This document shows, piece after piece, positions 1 through 12,782 of a stretch of 64,000 nucleotides of DNA. This DNA is from Octopus sinensis (Eukaryota). The notes beneath the pieces are model-generated. The model saw only the letters and a list, made by a program, of their open reading frames with translations, was not told the DNA's origin and made no database searches. A program made the translations under genes and the position numbers. The stretch covers positions 40,920,001 to 40,984,000 of the forward strand of contig NC_043010.1 of NCBI RefSeq assembly GCF_006345805.1. Direction: 5' to 3'. Within the stretch, counting starts at the first letter, position 1. Each line of letters starts with the position of its first letter.

Positions 1-1468
1 GTAATTCTGCTTTCTAGATAACAAATAAAACATAAAAATAAAACTCAAATTAGTTTTATTCGTGTTTATTAGCACCTTCATAGTTGTGCTTTTTCTAAAT
101 TCTTAGTTAATTGAGAAAATTATCCATGGGAAATTATCCCAGAGACAGTTGTCCCAGAACCATATTGATCATATTCAATATGTGCTTTACTTAAATTCTC
201 GACAAAATCTAATTATCTACATAGGTAATGTGTAATTAAACATCACTTTTTTCCCAAAATTTGATTCAGCCTTTTACAGTATACAATTAGCTTCAGACTG
301 CTGACAATAGAAACTCTCTACAACAAACATTCATATGAATCATTAGTTTTCGGGAAAACATTACTAATTCAATAAAAAATTGAATATAAATCATTTATTC
401 GCAGTTGCGAAGGTTTTTCTTTCGATAATGATGTATAAAAGATGGATAACCTAGTTTTAAGGTATTTCGATCGGAAAAGTCCTTCAAAGATAGGAAGTTA
501 GAACTACTAAATCAAAGTTGTGCGTTGATTGGAAAATAAATGATTTCTAGTCAATAAAAGAGTTTTAAAAGTATAAGCAAATGATTTCATGATACAATCT
601 TAAAATGGATAGTTCTCACTGAACGCCAAACATTCTACGTAAAACTTGCAGCACAAAATCTTGTTAAGTTGCATCTGTTAAAATTAGCTTCAGTCTAAAT
701 AATCGAATACTAAAGTTTGAAAATCCAAATTAATGAACTCATTCAGAAAAGTCAGCTTTGAAAATCTCATAAATTCTGAAAAGTTTGGAAATTACTCAGT
801 TAAATGGAACCTATCTGTAAATTGTGTATAAATAGAACAGCTTCTAGTCGTCTAAAATTCTTTTGAAAGTAGAAAGTGCTCCTATAATTTAATCTTAAAA
901 CAAGAAGGGATTTTTTTTACACAACAATGCTTTTTTTTTAATCATAATTTTCAACACAAAAATGCTTTTTATCATAATTTTCGGCACAGAAATAGTTAAA
1001 TGACACTTTTTAAAATAGACTAGAAATAAATGGCTGGAATAAACTAAATTTATTTTATTGATTCGTCAGAGAAAGCGGACATTTTATAAAGACAAAAATA
1101 TGCTACAAGCTCTTCTCGTTTTGAGATTAGATTATGAAAGCACTGGTAGCTTTTAAAACAATTTCAAACGATTCGGGGTTGTTCCGTTTTCACTCCGATT
1201 ATTATGAAAGATTCATAACAGTTGGAGGATAATGAATATTACTTTGATTGCAAATGTTATTTTATATCCAGGTAGGAATATAATTTCTTGCAAATTAGAC
1301 GTGAGGGCTAACCCTGAAAGTATACATTTGCTACCATGGGTAATATCAGGAAATATGGCATACATACAATAATTATAATTTATCTTTTATCAAATTTCTT
1401 GGAGCTTAAACAAAATTATAAAATGAATACTAATATTCAAAAGAAAATATACACATAAAGACATTACT

Positions 1469-1789
1469 ATAGGCGCATGGCTCAGTGATTAGAGCGTCGA
1501 GCTTACGACCGTGGGGTTGTGAGTTCGAATCCCGGACCGGACTGCGTGTCATGTTCTTGAGCAAGACACTTTATTTCACGTTGCTCCAGTTCACTCAGCT
1601 GTAGAAATGAGTTGCGACGCCACAGGTACCAAGCTGTATCGGCCTTTACCTTTCTCTTGGATAACACTGGTGGCGTGGAGAGAGAGGAGGCCGGTATGCA
1701 TGGGCGACTTGCCTGGACTTGTGCCTGGGAGGGTAACTTTCTAGGTGCAATCCCATGGTCAGTCAGGACCGAAGGGGGTCTCAATATAT
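1469..1789 (+). mobile_element. tRNA-derived CORE-type SINE (family S2a)
   Basis: A box TGGCTCAGTGATT, B box GTTCGAATCC, CORE-like ttgagcaagacactttatttcacgttgctccag; TSD agacattact at 1459-1468 and 1790-1799. Confidence 0.9.
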
Positions 1790-2209
1790 AGACATTACTT
1801 TAAAATAAATATAACAAATTTCTCATTTGTATGTTTGGGATAAATATATCATTTTTCTGAATTTTTATCTAAGTAATCGCAATCTAACCCCTCGAAACTT
1901 ATTTCTGCAAAATTTCATTTAAAAATATGTATTCTTTAGAAAGTTACAAAAATTTCACCTGTACGTCTTATGTAAATTGCTTCTGTGTCTCTTATTTACT
2001 GTCTCCTCCTGTCTTTGTACAGTGTAAAGCGTGACTGGAGAAATCAACCAACTATCCAAAGTTTATATCGGTTTTTATTAAATAGAGATGAGCCTATATT
2101 ATTATGGGCCTAGTTTAGTTGTTAACCGAATCAGTAGCATGCAATGTAAAAAAAATTACTAAATTGTTATTAAAACAAACTATTTTTAATATATAATATA
2201 TATAATAGT

Positions 2210-2615
2210 GGAAGGCGGCGAGCTGGCAGAAACGTTAGCACGCCGGGTGAAATGCATAGCCGTATTTCGTCTGTCGTTCAGTTCTGAGGTCAAATTCCGC
2301 CGAGGTCGACTTTGCCTTTCATCCCTTCGGGGTCGATTAAATAAGTACCAGTTACGCACTGGGGTCGATATAATCGACTTAATCTATCTATCTGTCTGTC
2401 CTTGTTTGTCTTCTGCGTTTAGCCTCTTGTGGGTAGTAAAGAAATAGGTATTTCGTCTGCCGCTACGTTCAGAGTTCAAATTCCGCCGAGGTCGACTTTG
2501 TCTTTCATCCCTTCGGGGTCGATAAATTAAGTACCAGTTACGCACTGGGGTCGATGTAAACGACTTATTCCGTTTGTCTATCCTTGTTTGTCCCCTCTGT
2601 GGGTAGTAAAGAAAT
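2210..2615 (+). mobile_element. tRNA-derived SINE family S3 with tandemly duplicated body
   Basis: Head ggcggcgagctggcagaaacgttagc; body gtatttcgtctg...gtagtaaagaaa occurs twice (about 2262-2445 and 2448-2614); TSD atatatataatagt at 2196-2209 and 2616-2629. Confidence 0.9.
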
Positions 2616-4879
2616 ATATATATAATAGTCGACCCTTTCAACATTGCTTAATTTTCTGGAAGGCGGGACAACTTGAAATCTGTTTGGGACTTTGAACTTC
2701 ATGCCGGGTGTCGAAACATCCCGCTCAAATCGAGGTGATTGATAAACATGAATATAAAATAGTCTATAAATTTGTGTGTGTATATTCTGTGAAATATAAG
2801 TTAGCTCTGACTGAGGCAACAGATATATAAATAAACACCATCTGCCGCTTCAGTTGCAAACTCCCCTCCAACACCCTAAGAAGGTGGTATCGCCCACTTT
2901 GAAGCAGTAAATAAAAGTCATCCTACTATTCTTGCCGCTCATTCATCATTTCTTCTTTCTTTCATTCATTCTTTTATACATCTTCACTCTAATTTATTTC
3001 CTTCTTTTTGATATCATTCTCATTGTCTCTATAAATATTAAGTTTTCACTGACTTCAGAATATTTCCATATTAAATAAAACCTCTAAGTAATCGATGCTG
3101 TTATTCAATTTGTTGTTTACCTATATTGTTGTCAATGCTGTGCTCCCATAGTTTTCGCTTTTGCTGTTGTCGTTATTGTTTCTCTTGTTTTAACATATTA
3201 AAGATTTTCTCCTTTCATATCTTTCTAGCGGTATATTTGCTTTAGATTAATCAAATTTTCTAACATTATGTACACTTGTGGGATTGTGCTAAAATGTCTG
3301 TTGCTTTCGATAATACTTCAAAAAGGGATTCTATTTGTAAAATTCATTGCTAAAGGTGAGAATTCTTTGTGTATTGCATTCTCAAGGGCGTTAGATGAAA
3401 AGAAATTCGATTAACTGGGAATCGAACTTTCATATTCACATGTATGTTTGTTTTCGGAATAGTTGACAAAGTGCAGGTGGTTTTCTTATAACAGCTTCGT
3501 CAGAACGCCATGTCAATGCAGTGAAACAATCTGCATTTGTCAACTACCACTGAATAAATATGAAATGCTTTGTATTTAACTGCATTGACTATTTAGATTG
3601 TAGATTTACTGTCCATCAGAACAAAGACACGGAATAAACACACACTCATACACACATAACGTGTATGTATTTGTGTGAGAACCCATGTGTGCATAAACCT
3701 TATCATGGCCTTAGCTAGATACAGTCTTTGTCTTGTGCCAAGGCAACTGAGATTTTAAATTAATCCCACCTCTTTATGGTAATATGGGGGGAGGGTCTTC
3801 GTAGAAGAGTGGGTGTAGCCATGAATTTTACAGTGTTGCGGTAGATTCGTGCTGTTTACTAACTCATATATTTGTATGATATTCGGTTGTGAGCTCCCGA
3901 GAAAGCAACTGCAGTTTCGATTCTTAGTTCAGTCATTTTACTTAACTCGATTATACGGTAATGTATTTTCTCTGCTTTAGAGGTTTCACAACTCTGGGAC
4001 AATTGCTCTTTAATCCCTAGTCAGCACTGATCCAGGAAAACAATGATTATCGTTATTCTGGTTGCGACCATCCCGTAATTTGGTACTATGGATTACATTG
4101 ACCAATTAATCCGTCTTTAAGAAGATGATTCATGGAATTTGATGAAGACATTGTTGTTATCTGTAACAAGTTGAGTGGCGAAGCCGAGGTTCTCCGATCG
4201 GTTTCTTAATTTTGTTGTTGCTGTTCAAACTTCAATCCTAACCAGAAAGAGCTCTCTAGTCAATGGCTTTTCAGTTATGTTTATCTTGTCTTTTAGTTTC
4301 TTAGGGACTACATTGTCAAGCGTATCCTTAATTTAAACGATACATAGGTGAGTCTTGATGCGAAATTTCGCTACTGTTTCTGGCGTCTAGAAAACTACGT
4401 AGACTTCTTCGTGATTTTATTTGTCGTAGTGCAGAAGGATCCTGACCATGCAGAGTTAACTGACTTGGTCTAGCAGGAGATGAACCTCCTTGCATTCGAT
4501 TATTAATTTACTTTGTATCTCTGAAACAAACGATGCTCCAACATGATTTAAACCTTTCCGATTAAACGCGAACAGCTACAACTGTAACAAAACCAACAAA
4601 ATTATAAGGGTTGGGATCACAATATATTAAGTTAACAAAAATCAACTCATTTGATTTTAGTGAAAACCCTGTTCGCTGGGATTATTTAAAAAAAGGATAT
4701 TTTAAATACTGTAGTTCCTTGAGCACTTCTCCTCCTCCTCCTCCTCCTCCTTGTGCTACCAGCTACGCGATTGGCCTCCGGTGACTTTCTGTGCATACGC
4801 TGTGTGACACAAAAATGCCTTCCGTTGCATTAGGGATCTTTGCTTACTTTCTACGAGACACCATCTTAATGACTATGAC

Positions 4880-5260
4880 TAATTCTGGCGTGGGGAGAGA
4901 CATAAAGAAGAATTGACTTCAGTACATAAATGGTACTTTATGGACTCGGAAAATATGAAGTGTAAAGGTGGATGACTATGGTAGGATTTGAACTCAGATA
5001 TTAAACAGTCGGAAAATATATTGCATAACATTCAAACGATCTAACTATCCTGCTAATGCGACACGTTTCTTGTATGCGTGATGTATGAATAAAAGCCATG
5101 ATGCTTCCAAGCAACTGATCTTAGGTCTAATCCATCACAGCTAACAAAGGTGTAAACAGCGACCAAAACCCTTGTACCTATAGACAGGAGGTATAATAAA
5201 CATGAACGATTTCGGTGGGAATTGAACTCAGATTGTTAAAGAAGCAGGTTTTACATTTCC
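4880..5260 (-). mobile_element. Two decayed S3-like SINE fragments
   Basis: ggatttgaactcaga and ggaattgaactcaga B-box remnants plus ggtacttt/aaaggtg central-domain remnants. Confidence 0.5.
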
Positions 5261-5389
5261 GCTATAGAGATTTTGGCAGTTAATATACGGTTTCTTAAAG
5301 TGCTAGAATATAAAGTACATCATGAAAGTTTTTGAAGAATCATTATTTAAAGAGATAGCACACTAGGATGGAAATCATATATACATTTA

Positions 5390-5705
5390 AACACACACAT
5401 ATATATATACATACATACATACATACAAACACACATATATATATACACATACATACATATGCATATATAGAATCAATAGTTGAAAGATTATAGAAATTGA
5501 CAATTCTTTCAGAGATATATAGAGATACATATGTATATATATATGCATATATATACACACACACATATACATATTATATGTATGTGTTTATATATATATA
5601 TATATATAAGCTCATACATTTGTGTGTGTGTGTATATATATATACACACGCATATATGTGTATGCATGCATGAAAGCACGTATGTATGTATGAATGAATG
5701 AATGA
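5390..5705. repeat. Compound (TA)n/(CA)n/(TACA)n microsatellite
   Basis: Directly visible dinucleotide and tetranucleotide runs. Confidence 0.9.
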
Positions 5706-6097
5706 ATGAAGGTGTACATATGATTTCAGCAGTTATCAGAAAAAACATTTTTGAAACAAAAGAAAAGGATAAATATATACTTGGCTTCCTCAATAGGTTG
5801 TTTAACTGCAAGCGATTCCTCACCAAACCGAGCATATCGTTAACGTCCTCTTTTTCCCATCATCTCCCATCCTTTTCACATCACTAGCTCCCTATTATTT
5901 ATTAAATCAACTGTGCATTCACTCAACTCCGTATGTTGGCTTTATCTAATATTTACTCTAAAATGTAATTTTTCTATTCAAACACTGCGCTGTATATTTG
6001 CGTACATAATGTCATTCTTTGTTTAGCAATGAGCTATTTACTTAGAAAAGATGCTTCTTCCGCAGAAGTGTAGAATGATAGATTTAAAAAGTCATAG

Positions 6098-6106
6098 AGA
6101 TGTCAT

Positions 6107-6144
<38 letters not shown>

Positions 6145-6153
6145 ATGACATCT
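6098..6153. repeat. Perfect 56-bp palindrome centred on (TA)15
   Basis: agatgtcatgtga (6098-6110), (TA)15, tcacatgacatct (6141-6153). Confidence 0.95.
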
Positions 6154-6649
6154 ATATATATATATTTATTTATTTATTTATTTATTCATATTAAATCACG
6201 TCTGTTGAAAGTGTGCATTTTCAAAACTGCAGTCTTTTATTTTATTACACTTTTAAAGCTTTCAACCATTGGACTGCGACCACGCTGAAGCATTGCTTTA
6301 AAGTATGAATTTCATATTATGGATCCCACTATACATTATTTCAGTTTTACTCTTGTTTTATGAGTCTGTTTGTCAAACTAATACGTTATGAAGACGTAAA
6401 GGAAGATAACGTGAATAATACATGATAAATTTGCTCACGTGCCGTTTTATCTTTACACAGTTACTTTTAAAAATTTCAACGACAGTTCGGCCACGGTTTG
6501 AAGTGAAATATCATAGGCGAGTATGTGCAATCTGAGCCACATTAGAATAATAAACAGAGTAATTTTTATGGATATTTTAAGCTTTATATAATATACACGT
6601 GTTTTATGTAAACCCTTTGTTCCTACTACGACGACTACCTCGGATATAT

Positions 6650-6926
6650 TTATATATATATACATAATTGTATGTATATGTATATATGTATATACATATT
6701 TGTATGCATATATATATATATGTATATACATATTTGTATGCATATATATATACATATGTGTATGCATATATATGTATATACATATTTGTATGCATATATA
6801 TATATGTATATACATATTTGTATGCATATTTATATGTATATACATATTTATACATATACGTACATATGTACATGCGTACGTATATGTGTATATGTACGTA
6901 TATACATATGTGTACGTATATACGTA

Positions 6927-6971
<45 letters not shown>

Positions 6972-7258
6972 GTTTATTTATATACGTATGTATATACATA
7001 TACACATGTATGTATATACGTATGTATATACATATACACATGTATGTATATACATATGTATATTATATGTATATATATGTATATATATATGTAGATACAT
7101 ATATTCGTATGTATATATATATGTAGATACATATATTCGTATGTATATTATATGTATATATATATGTATATATATATATATGTAGATATATATATTCGTA
7201 TGTATATATATATACATATGTGTATATACATATATGTGTATACATGTGTCTGTGTGTG
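6650..7258. repeat. Degenerate TA/CA/TG microsatellite with higher-order units
   Basis: Recurring tatacatatttgtatgcatata units (about 6690-6850) and tgtagatacatatattcgtatg units (about 7090-7202). Confidence 0.9.
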
Positions 7259-7817
7259 CATTTTAACCATTGGTATTCTGACTATCTTCAGATACAAACG
7301 GAAGTGCACACATAAGAATGTGCTTTTTCAGTATCTGTACACACGCACGAAACCAATATAATAAAGCATTACTTCCAGCCCTCTAACAATTCTGAGTTTT
7401 CGGTTTAGCGTTATATTTGTATTTACATGAACAGACCTAGAGAAAGATTTTGTTGACCATGCTAGCAAGTATCGCCTCTCCACACCATCAGTGGCATTTA
7501 AGTGAGAGGCTGCTGTTAAAGGTCGATAGAACTGGGGACCAGTGGTGTTGTAAATATTGCAACAGGACTCAAGGAACCGGTTGGGACACCGTAAAGGATT
7601 TCAGGTGATTCTCTAACATTTTCTTCCTCCCCCACCCAAACCATTGGTCAGGATTGGAGTATTTTTTATCGATCCTGTAAGGATGAACTACACAGCTGAT
7701 CTCAACGGTATTCGAACATAAAACGTAGAAAAATCTAAATAAATAACGCGACGAATGAATTCCATTCACTGTTCTAACGACTCTGACAGATCGCTTCCTT
7801 ACATGTGTATGCATGCA

Positions 7818-8226
7818 TTTTATTCTTTTACTCGTTTCAGATGACTGTGACCATGCTTGAGTACCGGCTTTTAGCCTAACAGATCGACCCCAGAACCTAT
7901 TCTTTGTAAACCTCCTCGTATATATTCTATCGAGCTCTTTTACCGAACCGCTAAGTTAGGGGGACGTAAGCACATCCTCATCAGTTGTCAAGCGATGAAG
8001 GGGGGGGGACAAACATAGACACAAAGACATTTACATGCATACACACATATATACATATACACACGACGGGCTTCTTTCAGTTTCCGTCTACCAAATCCAC
8101 TCACAAGGTTTTGGTCGGCTCGAGACTCTAGTAGTAGATATTTGCCCAAGGTGCCACGCAGTGGGACTGAACCCGGAACTATATGTTTGGGCAGCAAGCC
8201 TCTTACAACACAGCCACGCCTGCGCC
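7818..8226 (-). mobile_element. SINE family S1 (tRNA head, CORE-like region, internal microsatellite, LINE-like tail)
   Basis: Reverse complement of the full copies at 44170-44612 and 53675-54040. Confidence 0.85.
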
Positions 8227-8650
8227 TTTTTATACAAACACACACACACACACATATATATACATACGCGCACACATGTGCATACGCATATATACATTAC
8301 ATACGTAGATACATATATACGGACACATATACTAACACACACACACACACACAGAGGTCTATAAACAAACATTGAAACGAAAAATGTTGTTACATGATTT
8401 TAATCAAAGCTATAAATCTTTGCCCGGAAATTGTTATTCTCATAAAGATTGTTCAGCCTGCCATTGTGCCATGCTTTATATATTACGAGCCAGTTTAGAT
8501 AGAGAGTCTAGACAACAACTATGAGAGTAGAGTAAACAGTTTATTACAGACTCACAACGTTTCAGTTCAAGAAAAAAAACGGATTTGTTGTTTTTTCTTC
8601 TAAACAATCATACACACACATAAATAGATAGATAGATACTAAAATATATT

Positions 8651-8702
<52 letters not shown>

Positions 8703-8787
8703 CAATATATATATATAGATAAATAGACAGATACTCAAAAAAAATAGAGAGAGAGATAGATACTCAAAATATAGATAGATACTCAAA

Positions 8788-8843
<56 letters not shown>

Positions 8844-10932
8844 TCACATGCTGTTTGAAATTGTTTTCTTCTACAAAATCATACATTATATACCCATGCA
8901 CATGTACATACACTTATTTATATATTGTTCTTTGTTGTTTTTTTTTCTGAACCATTACGTATTGAACACGCATGCGCACGTATAAACTCGTGTATGGTAC
9001 ACAGACCAAAAGAAACAACAATGCTAAAAAAAATATAACGATACCAGTTATAATTATCGCTATTTTCTTCATAGGAAGCTATCCGAAATCATAGACGAAT
9101 CGCAATGCCGTATTAATAATAACAATAATAATAATAATACCACGAGAATAAACAACTTACGTTCCTTTTTCTGCTTTAGTCAGCGTCAGGAAGCCCGCGT
9201 ATATAAAGGAATAATAATGATAATAAATACCACTCGTTTTATGCAATCATATTTTATCGTCTTTTATCCGGTTGTAGCCGATCTTCCTGTAATTACACTA
9301 TAATAGGAAAGACGCCATAAAATGTTTGTCTTCTAAAATGAAATAAATGTTCGATATTATTCGTTGGATTGTAACTCAGACCGAAAAGTGATCTTTGTCA
9401 AAATTTCTTGTTTCTTCTTCATTTGTTTTTTGCATGTTTGTTTCTTTTTTTTATTATTTTTTTGCGGTCTTTGCCTTTGAGATATATGTTGTCATTGCTT
9501 CGTTTCTTGTTGTTTTAGTATTCTTTACATGGGAGCGTGTAATGAAGGAGTTACTTGGTAGGCGTGCGGGGAATAAAAACACAGAGAATGTTATAAGTTT
9601 GCAAAGAGAAAGAAGAAAGAATGATAATAATATTTATTTGTTCAGTTTTCTAGTGATAGTGAGTCTCATTATTCATTGGCGTGACTAACTAGAGACTTGT
9701 GTCTTTCTGAAGTATATCTGGAGCTAGTCATTTTTATCCTTTCTTCAAGCCGATCTTTCCTTTAAGCGGATAACCTCCCGGAGCCTGTCGCTAAACAACT
9801 CTGTTCATTCTTCAAGTCTATCTTTCTTATATACGAGAAGTTCACAATCGCAAGCCAGTGCAACATATTTGACTTCATGTCTGCTCCGACAAAGAAAAAT
9901 TATGATTAAAGGTGTTCCAGCAGTGTGCTACCCGTTCAGAAGACATGGGAAAGAGGAACGTTACACATCGTTTGCTCAACTCAATCCCGAAGAAAGATTT
10001 GAGAACTATTGTTGCTGCATGTATGATGTCTGCTCAAAAAGTTGGCTATCAACAGCTAAAATCACGATAGCCAGGTTGTGCCTAATAAAATTCACTCAAG
10101 CTATTATTTCTTGGAAACTTCTGCTACAGCCGTGGGACGAGATATTTTTGTTACAAGAGCGCACTAAAATTTTCAAGCTTGTACAAATCTCTCAAATGCC
10201 TGATAGCGAAATCCACATATTGCATAGAAGCATCGTTGCTCGTGTATTAAAATATTGAACAAACATTTCGGAAACTTCACATAGAACCATTCCAAAAGAC
10301 GGAATTATGAATTTTCAATACCCGAGTGCACAAACATCACTTAAAAATATTTCTATGACTCAAAACATATATGTAGATTTTTGGAATCTGCCATTTCTTT
10401 TAGAGCTTTATAATTTATAATTTATTCGAATTGTTTTTATAAAAAAATCTTTCAACCTCATTGTATCATACAGACAAATCTATAAAATACTCCATTTTCT
10501 TCCTTTTATCATTATCAACAATATGTATTACTATAATATTCCCTAACACATTACCAAGGCGTGTTTTGAGGTGAAGTGAGCCGGGAATCGAAACCTCTAA
10601 GCAGAACATTGGCAAAGTGAACTGAAAATAGATCAAACAAAACTGGTATTGTCTTGGAATGAAGCCACTTGGCAGCGTAAGTTAGCCAATAGATTATTTC
10701 TTGCTTTACACTGCTGCTCGCGAGGCCGTCAACACAAATAATAAGTTATCTTCTTGACGGATAATAACAGATTACAGAATAAATAAATAAAACATCGCAA
10801 TGATATATCATTGTAGCAGAGCAATATAAACCAGCGTAACAGAACGCACAGTTGCAATCAAATTATAGAGATCAAACACAATCATTCATGTGTATACACA
10901 CGACCCATCCACACACACACACACACGCACAC

Positions 10933-10986
<54 letters not shown>

Positions 10987-11897
10987 ATTTATTCACTCTT
11001 CTCTCATGGAGCTAAACAATTCATTTTTATGAGATCTTTACTTGTGACAGTTGAAAACTGAAAATAACGACAAGACGGAGCGAAAATGTTTTGTGGTTCT
11101 CCTTAACAAAAGTGATAAGCAAGAGAAGAAAGATAGAGCCATCGATATCCCTGGCTACAGTTGGGCTGAATCCCTTACAGATGGCTAGTAAGTTAGGATT
11201 TCTGTGGACAAGGGATTAGGTTTCATTTTCTATTTTAAGCCATAGTGTAATAGTTTAGCAACGTCATACCGCATAGTCAAACCATTACAGCTAAAATAAA
11301 AACGCTATAGCTCTCATCAAACTTAGATATTTATGCACAACACAGCGTGTATTAGAAAACCTAAAATAATTTTTTTATTTAATGTGCTGACGACGGTCAC
11401 TCGGCATGTTAACTACTCCAGCTATTACATCGAGGTTCTAGTTTGTGACTGACTTAAATAGCGATTTACTTCGTCCTCCCCGTAGGAAAGAGAAATAAAG
11501 AGGCATTGGTCATCTGAAGTGCAGTCAACAAACCGTGACGCATATCGAGATAATCTTATTTTCCTGCATACAAGACAAACACAAGATGTATTCACATGTT
11601 ATAAGTTTCATAGAGAAAGGCTTAAAAACTGTTTACGTACTTTATATACTAAAGAGGCTAAGTCACGACTAGTCTTAAGCAATCTTTTCACCTAAAAGTT
11701 CCATAAATGAACATATAAAATGTGAGTTATATTGGACTACGACTTTGTCTATAGAGCAAAACAATAAACCAAAGGAGCCAACTCCTGTTAAACGACATAT
11801 ATATTTACTTCACGCGCATACGCTAGTTATGTACCCAATGTACATGCGCCAGTTGGGTACCAGGCGCGCATGCGCCTCTTATGTACGTAACATTCCA

Positions 11898-12093
11898 ACT
11901 CTATTTTCTCTTTTACCTATTTCTCATGTGACCTGCGGCCATGCTGGAGCACCGCCTTTAGTCGAACAAATCGACCACAGGACTTTTTCCTTGTAAGCCT
12001 AGTACTTATTCTATAGGTCTCTTTTGCCGAACTGCTAAGTTACGCGGACGTAAACACAACATCAAGCGATGGTGGAGGCACAAACACAGGCAC

Positions 12094-12129
<36 letters not shown>

Positions 12130-12240
12130 GCACACACATGACGGGCTTTCAGTTTCCGTCCACCAAATCCGAACCGCTAAATTATGTAAATACACCAACA
12201 CCGGATGTGATGGAGACAAACACACACACGCACGCACACC
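11898..12240 (-). mobile_element. 5'-truncated S1 SINE plus a second S1 fragment
   Basis: cctgcggccatgctggagcaccgcctttagtcg...accaaatcc, followed by a repeat of gaaccgctaa. Confidence 0.8.
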
Positions 12241-12320
12241 ATTCTTCCCGAGTATCAAAATAATTCACCTGCTTCTTTTTCTGTATATTTGCACTATATA
12301 TATTTATATAAACGATAAAC

Positions 12321-12620
12321 GTCGCCCTTTCTCAAGCCTAGTCAGGCTCATGAACCCGGTTTCACGGTTTCTGTGGCGTATGTGTTCCCCCCACTGGACG
12401 AGACGCCAGTCCATCGCAACGTTACTCAAGAAACAAGGAGAGAATGAGAGAAAGTTGTGGCGAAAGAATACAACAGGGGTCGCCACCACTCCCTGCCGGA
12501 GCCTCGGGGAGCTTTTAGGTGTTTTTGTTCAATAAACACACACAACGCCTGGTCTGGAAATCGAAACCGCGATCCTCCGACCACGAGCCCGCTGCCCTAA
12601 CCACTGGGCCATTGCGCCTC
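12321..12620 (-). mobile_element. tRNA/CORE SINE, S2 variant
   Basis: Minus strand ggcgcaatggcccagtggttagggcagcgggctcgtggtcggaggatcgcggtttcgatttcc; 3' part related to 37416-37670. Confidence 0.85.
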
Positions 12621-12621
12621 C

Positions 12622-12647
<26 letters not shown>

Positions 12648-12652
<5 letters not shown>

Positions 12653-12782
12653 ACGGACTTCTTTGTTTCCATCAACCAAATCCGCTATGATAGAAGACCC
12701 TTGCCCGAGGTTCCACACAGTGAGACTGAACCCGGAACCGTGTGAGAAAGCAAACGTCTTCACACACAGCCACTCCTCGCCT
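12648..12782 (-). mobile_element. S1 head-only copy
   Basis: cacacagccactcctcgcc head and ctgaacccggaacc B-box region, ending in (TA)n. Confidence 0.75.

Noticed and set aside
1469-1545. tRNA genes at SINE heads (all families)
   Set aside because: A and B boxes are present, but there is no complete cloverleaf and each head continues into a SINE body.
6453-7245. Many 60-161-aa YI/CI/MY-rich ORFs (also about 18.5, 43.7-44.4, 58.6 and 60.4-61 kb)
   Set aside because: Dinucleotide-repeat artefacts or SINE read-through.
9869-10258. 129-aa ORF
   Set aside because: No recognisable domain; its start overlaps a dispersed repeat motif (atgattaaaggtgttccagc) also seen inverted near 40210.
10798-10813. 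Palindrome caatgatatatcattg as a SoxE dimer site
   Set aside because: 16 bp with a TA core is expected by chance in this composition, and the spacing is atypical.
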